Notes under the pieces: generated by a model
The model's input: only the letters and a program-made list of their open reading frames with translations
Told to the model about the DNA's origin: nothing
The model's database searches: none
Assembly (NCBI GenBank): GCA_964653595.1
Contig: CAZZHH010000011.1
Location: 2,178 to 66,177 of the forward strand
Length of the DNA stretch: 64,000 bases
Direction: 5' to 3'
DNA from: an uncultured Lentimicrobiaceae bacterium
Lineage (GTDB): Bacteria > Bacteroidota > Bacteroidia > Bacteroidales > WCHB1-69
Shown here: positions 58,131-64,000 of the stretch, in pieces
Layout: every line of letters begins with the position of its first letter
Position numbering within the stretch: the stretch's first letter is position 1
Made by a program: the position numbers and the translations under genes

Positions 58131-60092
58131 ATGTCATATATTAAATTTGAAAAACAGCAAGTAGTAAATTTAGAATTTGTTTTAAATCGTGAAATCGTAC
58201 GAACAAATCGGGCAGGAGCATTTGCATGTCAGAATATAATTGGGTGCAATACTCGCAAATACGATGGTTTATTAATCGTTGAACAGCCTACTTTAGATGG
58301 GCAACATCACGTATTATTATCGGCCATTGATGAAACGATTATTCAGCACGATAGCGATTTTAATTTTGGAATACATAGATACAAGGGAGGTCATTATTCT
58401 CCAAAGGGAAATAAATATGTTCACCGTTTTGATATTGAGCCCATCCCTAAAGTGGAATATCGGGTTGGAGATGTAGTTCTGACAAAAGAGTTTGTCTTTT
58501 CTTCAAAATCCAATCAGGTATTAATACGATACACTCTGGTTCAGGGGGCACAAGATACAATACTAAGATTAAAGCCATATCTTGCTTTCAGAAACATTCA
58601 TTCATTGTCGAAATGCAACATGGATGCAGACACAAGGTATGAGCCCATTGAAAATGGAATTAAGATGAAGTTATACAATGGATACACCCATCTTTTTCTA
58701 CAAATATCAAAAAAATGTGATTATATTCATGTGCCAGACTGGTACAAAAACTTTGAGTATATTGAAGAGATCAATCGGGGATATGAAGCATGTGAGGACC
58801 TTCTTGTTCCAGGCTATTTTGAAGTAAAGCTAAAAGAGGGAGAAAGTATTATTGTAGCGGCCGGCACCAACGAAGTTGCCACAAATACGCTAAAGAAATC
58901 TTTCTCTAATGAGCTAAACGTTCGCATTCCTCGAAATTCATTTGAAAACAACCTTCGCAATGCAGCTCAACAGTTTTTTGTAAAACAAGGAAAGAAAACT
59001 CTGATTACAGCTGGTTTTCCATGGTATGATAGAATTGGGCGTGACACTTTTATGGCTTTACCTGGATTGACCTTAGTAACCGGCGATTTTATCATAGCTA
59101 AAAATATTATCGACTCCATGGTGTCGGAACTTAAAGGGGCATTTTTTCCAAATATTGGAAGTGGTATTCATGCAAACTATCAATCGTCCGACACTTCCTT
59201 ATGGTTTTTTTGGGCACTACAACAGTATAGTTACTTTACAAAATCGAACATTGAAACGTGGGAAACATATGGTCCCATAATGAAAAACATCTTATCTGCA
59301 TATAAACAGGGCACCGATTTCGGAATCCACATGCTTGACAATGGGCTTATCAGTGTAAAAGATCAAGGTCTGGCACTTACGTGGATGAATGCATATATCG
59401 ACGGTAAGCCGGTAACTGGAAGATCAGGTTGTGCAGTAGAGATTAACGCATTATGGTACAACGCACTTATGTTTTCGCTAGAAATTGCTAAAGAAGCCAA
59501 AGATGATATATTTGTTAGAGAATGGCAACCAATTGCGGATTCATTTCCTACCACTTTTAAAAATAGTTTTTGGAGTAAAGAGAAAGGATATTTGTGTGAT
59601 GTAATTCAACATGGTGTATGCGATTGGAGTGTGAGGCCAAACATGATTTTAGCAACATCGTTACCCTACTCTCCCTTGAGTGAGAAAATCAGAGAATTAG
59701 TACTGGAGAAAATTAAAATTGAGTTACTCACCGAACGAGGAATTCGAACTTTAACCCCCACTGACGAAAGATATAAGGGCAATTACCAAGGAAATCAGTA
59801 CGAAAGAGATGAGGCTTTTCATCAAGGAACTGTATTTCCATGGCTATTTGGTCATTTTGTGGATGGGTATTTAAAAGTTCACAAACACAGTAAGTTAAGC
59901 ATGATTAAACGGTATTACGAAGGTTTTGAAGAGACAGTAACCACTCATGGGGTAGGAACCATCTCTGAGCTCTACGATGCCGACCCACCACACAAACCAG
60001 GAGGGGCTATCTCTCAGGCAACCAGTGTTGCCGAGTTGTTACGAGCAAAATTTATCATTCAAAAGTATGAATCTGAAAAACCAATAATATGA
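58131..60092 (+). CDS. Glycogen debranching enzyme (amylo-alpha-1,6-glucosidase family)
   Basis: NTRKYDGLL N-domain, AGFPWYDRIGRD, AVEINALWYNAL, HQGTVFPW, ISELYD. Confidence 0.92.
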   Translation: MSYIKFEKQQVVNLEFVLNREIVRTNRAGAFACQNIIGCNTRKYDGLLIVEQPTLDGQHHVLLSAIDETIIQHDSDFNFGIHRYKGGHYSPKGNKYVHRFDIEPIPKVEYRVGDVVLTKEFVFSSKSNQVLIRYTLVQGAQDTILRLKPYLAFRNIHSLSKCNMDADTRYEPIENGIKMKLYNGYTHLFLQISKKCDYIHVPDWYKNFEYIEEINRGYEACEDLLVPGYFEVKLKEGESIIVAAGTNEVATNTLKKSFSNELNVRIPRNSFENNLRNAAQQFFVKQGKKTLITAGFPWYDRIGRDTFMALPGLTLVTGDFIIAKNIIDSMVSELKGAFFPNIGSGIHANYQSSDTSLWFFWALQQYSYFTKSNIETWETYGPIMKNILSAYKQGTDFGIHMLDNGLISVKDQGLALTWMNAYIDGKPVTGRSGCAVEINALWYNALMFSLEIAKEAKDDIFVREWQPIADSFPTTFKNSFWSKEKGYLCDVIQHGVCDWSVRPNMILATSLPYSPLSEKIRELVLEKIKIELLTERGIRTLTPTDERYKGNYQGNQYERDEAFHQGTVFPWLFGHFVDGYLKVHKHSKLSMIKRYYEGFEETVTTHGVGTISELYDADPPHKPGGAISQATSVAELLRAKFIIQKYESEKPII

Positions 60093-61372
60093 GAGTGTTG
60101 ATGTTTGGATGGGAGTTTCCTCCTCATATTGCGGGCGGACTCGGTACTGCTTGTTTTGGCCTTACCAAAGGCATGATGAAACAGGGAATGGAAGTGATAT
60201 TTGTGGTACCTAAAGCGTATGGGGATGAGAGTCAGGAAGCGGTGAGATTAGTGAATGCATCGGATATTGAAATTGATTTACGCTATACAAAATTGGATGA
60301 ATTTTCGAATCTGCTTACTTTTGTGGAAGTAAACTCATCCTTAATTCCTTATGTAGGAGAAGAAGAATACTATAATTTCATCCACCAAAAAGAGGATTTT
60401 TCGAATGAAACTGATCATTCATATTTAAAAAAACGCTACGAATTTAGTGGCAAATACGGTAAAAACCTAATGGAAGAGGTTGCTCGATATGCAATTGTAG
60501 CGAGTTCGATAGCCGACCAAGAACAATTTGATGTGATTCATGCACACGACTGGTTAACTTATCCTGCGGGCATTGCGGCCAAACAAGCTTCTGGAAAACC
60601 ACTAGTAGTTCATGTTCACGCTACAGAATTCGACCGCTCCGGCTTAAATATTAACGAAGTAGTTTATAACATTGAACGAAGTGGCATGGAGGCAGCTGAT
60701 AAAGTTGTTACGGTAAGCAATTTAACCAAACAAATTGTGATTGAAAAATACGGCATCAATCCCGACAAAGTGGTTACCGTTCACAATGCCGTTGAGCCGA
60801 CGCCAAATTCGGAAAAAGAGACATATTCGAAATTTTTAAATCAAAAAGTAGTTACTTTTTTGGGAAGAGTAACCTACCAAAAAGGTCCTGAATACTTTGT
60901 TGAAGCTGCTTATAAAGTCTTGCAACGCGATCCGAATGTACATTTTGTTTTGGCTGGAGACGGAGATATGATGCCAAAAGTAATCAGACGTGTTGCAAAG
61001 CTGAGGATGGGTGATCGGTTTCATTTCACCGGCTTTTTAAGAGGAAAAGAGGTAGACAAAATGTTTGCGCTAAGCGATGTTTACGTAATGCCTTCCGTGT
61101 CAGAACCATTCGGAATTTCGCCTTTAGAGGCTATGCGTAACAATGTACCTGTTGTGATTTCAAAACAATCGGGGGTAGCAGAAATATTAGTACATGCACT
61201 TAAAGTAGATTTTTGGGATGTGGAAGCAATGGCAGATGCCATTTGGGGGCTATTACATTATGATGCACTTCCAAAAATGTTTCAAAAACATGGAAAAACT
61301 GAAGTAGATAATCTCCTTTGGGAAAATGCTGCTTACAAATTAAAAGAGATATACCATTCATTAGTTCACTAA
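60089..61372 (+). CDS. GT4 glycosyltransferase (putative glycogen synthase-like)
   Basis: GWEFPP..AGGLG, HAHDW, LGRVTYQKG, intact EPFGISPLE (E-X7-E). Confidence 0.92.
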   Translation: MRVLMFGWEFPPHIAGGLGTACFGLTKGMMKQGMEVIFVVPKAYGDESQEAVRLVNASDIEIDLRYTKLDEFSNLLTFVEVNSSLIPYVGEEEYYNFIHQKEDFSNETDHSYLKKRYEFSGKYGKNLMEEVARYAIVASSIADQEQFDVIHAHDWLTYPAGIAAKQASGKPLVVHVHATEFDRSGLNINEVVYNIERSGMEAADKVVTVSNLTKQIVIEKYGINPDKVVTVHNAVEPTPNSEKETYSKFLNQKVVTFLGRVTYQKGPEYFVEAAYKVLQRDPNVHFVLAGDGDMMPKVIRRVAKLRMGDRFHFTGFLRGKEVDKMFALSDVYVMPSVSEPFGISPLEAMRNNVPVVISKQSGVAEILVHALKVDFWDVEAMADAIWGLLHYDALPKMFQKHGKTEVDNLLWENAAYKLKEIYHSLVH

Positions 61373-61384
61373 AAAATTAAATAT

Positions 61385-62581
61385 ATGAGATCCATCTGTT
61401 TTTACTTTCAAGTTCACCAACCGTTTCGATTAAATACATTTCGTTTTTTTGACATGGGAAACAACCCTAATTATTTCAACGAATATCAAAATCAATACTT
61501 GGTTAAACGTATTGCCGAGCGATGTTATTTACCTATGAATAAGCTGATATATGATTTGATAGATGAATATGGTTCTCGTTTCAAAGTAAGTTTTTCAATT
61601 TCGGGGATGGCAATAGATCAATTTGAGTTGTATTGCCCTGAGGTAATTGAAAGTTTTAAAAAACTTGCTTCCACGGGTTGTGTTGAGTTTTTAGCAGAAA
61701 CCTATTCGCACAGTTTAGCCTCTCTTGAAAGTCCAGTGGAGTTCGAAAAACAAGTTTCCAAACACACTCAAAAGATAAAATCCCTATTTGGATCCACCCC
61801 AAAAACATTTAGGAACACAGAGTTAATTTATTCAGATTCTATTGGAGAGCATGTTGCCAAGATGGGTTTTACCACCATGCTAGCAGAAGGAGCAAAACAC
61901 ATCTTAGGATGGAAGAGTCCAAACTACTTATATTGTAACGCCATCAACCCTAAACTAAAAGTACTAGCGAGAAACTACGAATTAAGTGACGACATCTCCT
62001 TTCGGTTCTCATCTCAATCGTGGAAAGAGTGGCCTGTTACAGCAGACAAATTTGCGGGTTGGCTAAACAACATACCACCAAAAGAGGAGTGTGTAAATTT
62101 ATTTATGGATTACGAAACCTTTGGGGAGCACCAGTGGGCAGAAACTGGGATTTTTGAATTCATGAAATCCTTACCTCAAGCAATCTTTTCAAAGACCAAT
62201 TTTTCGTTTAACACTCCTTCCGAAATCTCATCTACCTTGCAACCAGTAGCTCCAATCCATGTTTTATCTCCAACATCGTGGGCAGATGAAGAACGAGACA
62301 CTACTGCATGGCTTGGCAACGAACTTCAAGATGATGCATTTAAGCGACTCTATTCGCTTGAAAACGAGGTAAACAAGTCGAACAATCCGGAACTAAAAAG
62401 AGTATGGGAGTTGCTTCAAACCAGCGATCACTTTTACTATATGTGCACCAAATGGTTCTCCGATGGCGACGTTCATAAGTATTTTAATGCCTACAATTCT
62501 CCTTATGAAGCATACATAAATTTCATGAATGTACTTTCAGATTTCATATTAAGATTGGAAGAAGAATCTCAAAATAAATAA
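61385..62581 (+). CDS. GH57 family alpha-amylase/alpha-glucan enzyme
   Basis: FQVHQP, ETYSHS, FRNTELIY (nucleophile), MDYETFGEH (acid/base), QTSDHFYYM. Confidence 0.92.
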   Translation: MRSICFYFQVHQPFRLNTFRFFDMGNNPNYFNEYQNQYLVKRIAERCYLPMNKLIYDLIDEYGSRFKVSFSISGMAIDQFELYCPEVIESFKKLASTGCVEFLAETYSHSLASLESPVEFEKQVSKHTQKIKSLFGSTPKTFRNTELIYSDSIGEHVAKMGFTTMLAEGAKHILGWKSPNYLYCNAINPKLKVLARNYELSDDISFRFSSQSWKEWPVTADKFAGWLNNIPPKEECVNLFMDYETFGEHQWAETGIFEFMKSLPQAIFSKTNFSFNTPSEISSTLQPVAPIHVLSPTSWADEERDTTAWLGNELQDDAFKRLYSLENEVNKSNNPELKRVWELLQTSDHFYYMCTKWFSDGDVHKYFNAYNSPYEAYINFMNVLSDFILRLEEESQNK

Positions 62582-62642
62582 AAGCGATTAATTTGCTCAA
62601 ATAACAGATAAACAATACTAAATAATTAGATTACACGAATAA

Positions 62643-64000
62643 ATGAAAAATAGACCCGATTACGTTTTTGAAATAGGATGGGAAGTCTGTAACAAGGTAG
62701 GTGGAATGCATACCGTTTTGACTTCAAAAGCAAAAAATTTGTCAAAAACCTTTGGCGACAATTACATCATGATTGGCCCGGATGTGATGAAAGATGAAAA
62801 AAATAACTTAGATTTTGTCGAAGATGGCACCCTTTTGAAAAACTGGATGAGTTTTGCCAAAAATGAAAATTTAAAAATCCGAATTGGAAGATGGAATATT
62901 GCCGGAAGGCCAATCGTAGTATTAGTAGATTTTTCTTCCTTTATTATCGCAAAAGAATCTCTTTTAAAAGACTTTTGGGATAATTACAAATTAGATTCTT
63001 TATCAGCTCCTTGGGATTTTCTGGAACCAACCATGTTTGGCTATGCAGCTGGTAAAGTAATCGAAAGTTTTTGGAAATATCATATCAACGCCCACGATAA
63101 AGTAGTAGCTCAATTTAATGAGTGGACTTCTGGTGCGGGTGTTTTACATTTAAAACAAGCAGTACCTCAAATAGCCACTATCTTTACATCTCATGGAACT
63201 ACGTTGGGAAAATATCTGGCAAAACATGGCATCTCTCCTACCTCAATTTCAAGTCAAGAAGCAGAAAAATATGCTATCTCTTATGGAATCACTCCAAAAT
63301 TTTCATTAGAAAAAATATTGCCTCAAATTGCAGATTGCTACACTACCGTTAGCCTTGTTTCTAACGATGAAAGCAACCTCTTTTACCATAAATTTGCAGA
63401 TTTTATTACCCCAAATGGATTTGAACGTCCTTATGAAATCACCGAGCAAAATAGAGAAGTTGCTCGTAATATACTACGCAAGGTAGCAAAAGCAGTATTA
63501 AAGAGAGAAATTCCTCAAGATGCAATATTTATCCATACCGGCGGACAAAATGAATTTAAAAACAAAGGGTATGATATATTTTTAGAATCACTCAATAAGT
63601 TAAACCAAGAGAGTAGTTGTAAAAATGAAATTTTTGCCTTTATCATCACCCCGTCGAATGTTTGTGGATTCAGACAAGATTTAGATTTGAACTATGGAGG
63701 GATCTATCCAGAACCTGCCATTAACGACTACCTAACTCATTGGATATTTGACTATGAAACGAATCCTATCATCAAAGCTTTTATTGAAAACAACTTACAC
63801 AACCAACTAGAAGATAGAGTGAAAGTTATCTATGTACCAACCTATTTAAATGGAGATGATGGTGTATTCAACCTCCCATATACCGAGTTGTTGGCAGGAT
63901 TTGACCTTACCCTATTTCCATCTTTGTATGAGCCATGGGGTTATGCATCTCAACAAAGCATCGGCATTGGTGTGCCCACATTATCGACAACCAACTCCGG
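62643..64000 (+). CDS. GT3 glycogen-synthase-like domain protein (likely N-terminus of a Bacteroidetes GT3-glycogen phosphorylase fusion), partial
   Basis: Manual translation from ATG 62643: MKNRPDYVFEIGWEVCNKVGGMHTV...EFKNKG...FPSLYEPWGY; open to the window end, so absent from the ORF track. Confidence 0.85.
   Translation, partial: MKNRPDYVFEIGWEVCNKVGGMHTVLTSKAKNLSKTFGDNYIMIGPDVMKDEKNNLDFVEDGTLLKNWMSFAKNENLKIRIGRWNIAGRPIVVLVDFSSFIIAKESLLKDFWDNYKLDSLSAPWDFLEPTMFGYAAGKVIESFWKYHINAHDKVVAQFNEWTSGAGVLHLKQAVPQIATIFTSHGTTLGKYLAKHGISPTSISSQEAEKYAISYGITPKFSLEKILPQIADCYTTVSLVSNDESNLFYHKFADFITPNGFERPYEITEQNREVARNILRKVAKAVLKREIPQDAIFIHTGGQNEFKNKGYDIFLESLNKLNQESSCKNEIFAFIITPSNVCGFRQDLDLNYGGIYPEPAINDYLTHWIFDYETNPIIKAFIENNLHNQLEDRVKVIYVPTYLNGDDGVFNLPYTELLAGFDLTLFPSLYEPWGYASQQSIGIGVPTLSTTNS

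Noticed and set aside
814-63352. Numerous 60-125 aa ORFs nested in or antisense to long genes
   Set aside because: They overlap well-supported CDSs and show no motifs or start context; treated as spurious.

Overview
AT-rich chromosomal segment of a Bacteroidota genome, probably an anaerobic Bacteroidales-type organism. This is inferred from recurrent TAnnTTTG -7 promoter boxes, the purN-acpP-fabF-rnc synteny, IorAB, T9SS type A and type B C-terminal domains and a Rho with a long N-terminal insertion. Most of the window is housekeeping or metabolic: nadB, iorAB, aspC-like aminotransferase, fba, hutI, purN, acpP, fabF, rnc, lysC, tRNA-Arg(ACG), rho, glsA, and a glycogen cluster at the right end. 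It also encodes secreted or surface proteins (C10, S8 and M16 peptidases, T9SS cargo, lipoproteins, a collagen-like fibre). I found no integrase, transposase, prophage, Cas gene or canonical CRISPR array. The least explained features are: (1) a GC-rich, hairpin-dense intergenic element at about 42.68-43.22 kb holding a ~44-nt-period array of seven degenerate repeats with covarying stems; (2) an NSS/SNF transporter with a sandwich-barrel-hybrid-like insert, followed by an unannotated 34-aa membrane peptide; (3) a signal-peptide-bearing collagen/phage-fibre-like protein with Cys-pair knuckle repeats, lying between two type-B T9SS substrates; (4) a stand-alone M6-protease-prodomain-like protein; (5) a GT3 domain with substituted catalytic residues; (6) a single-base frameshift in a G-run of an outer-membrane protein gene. 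All family calls come from motif recognition by eye; no database searches were run.
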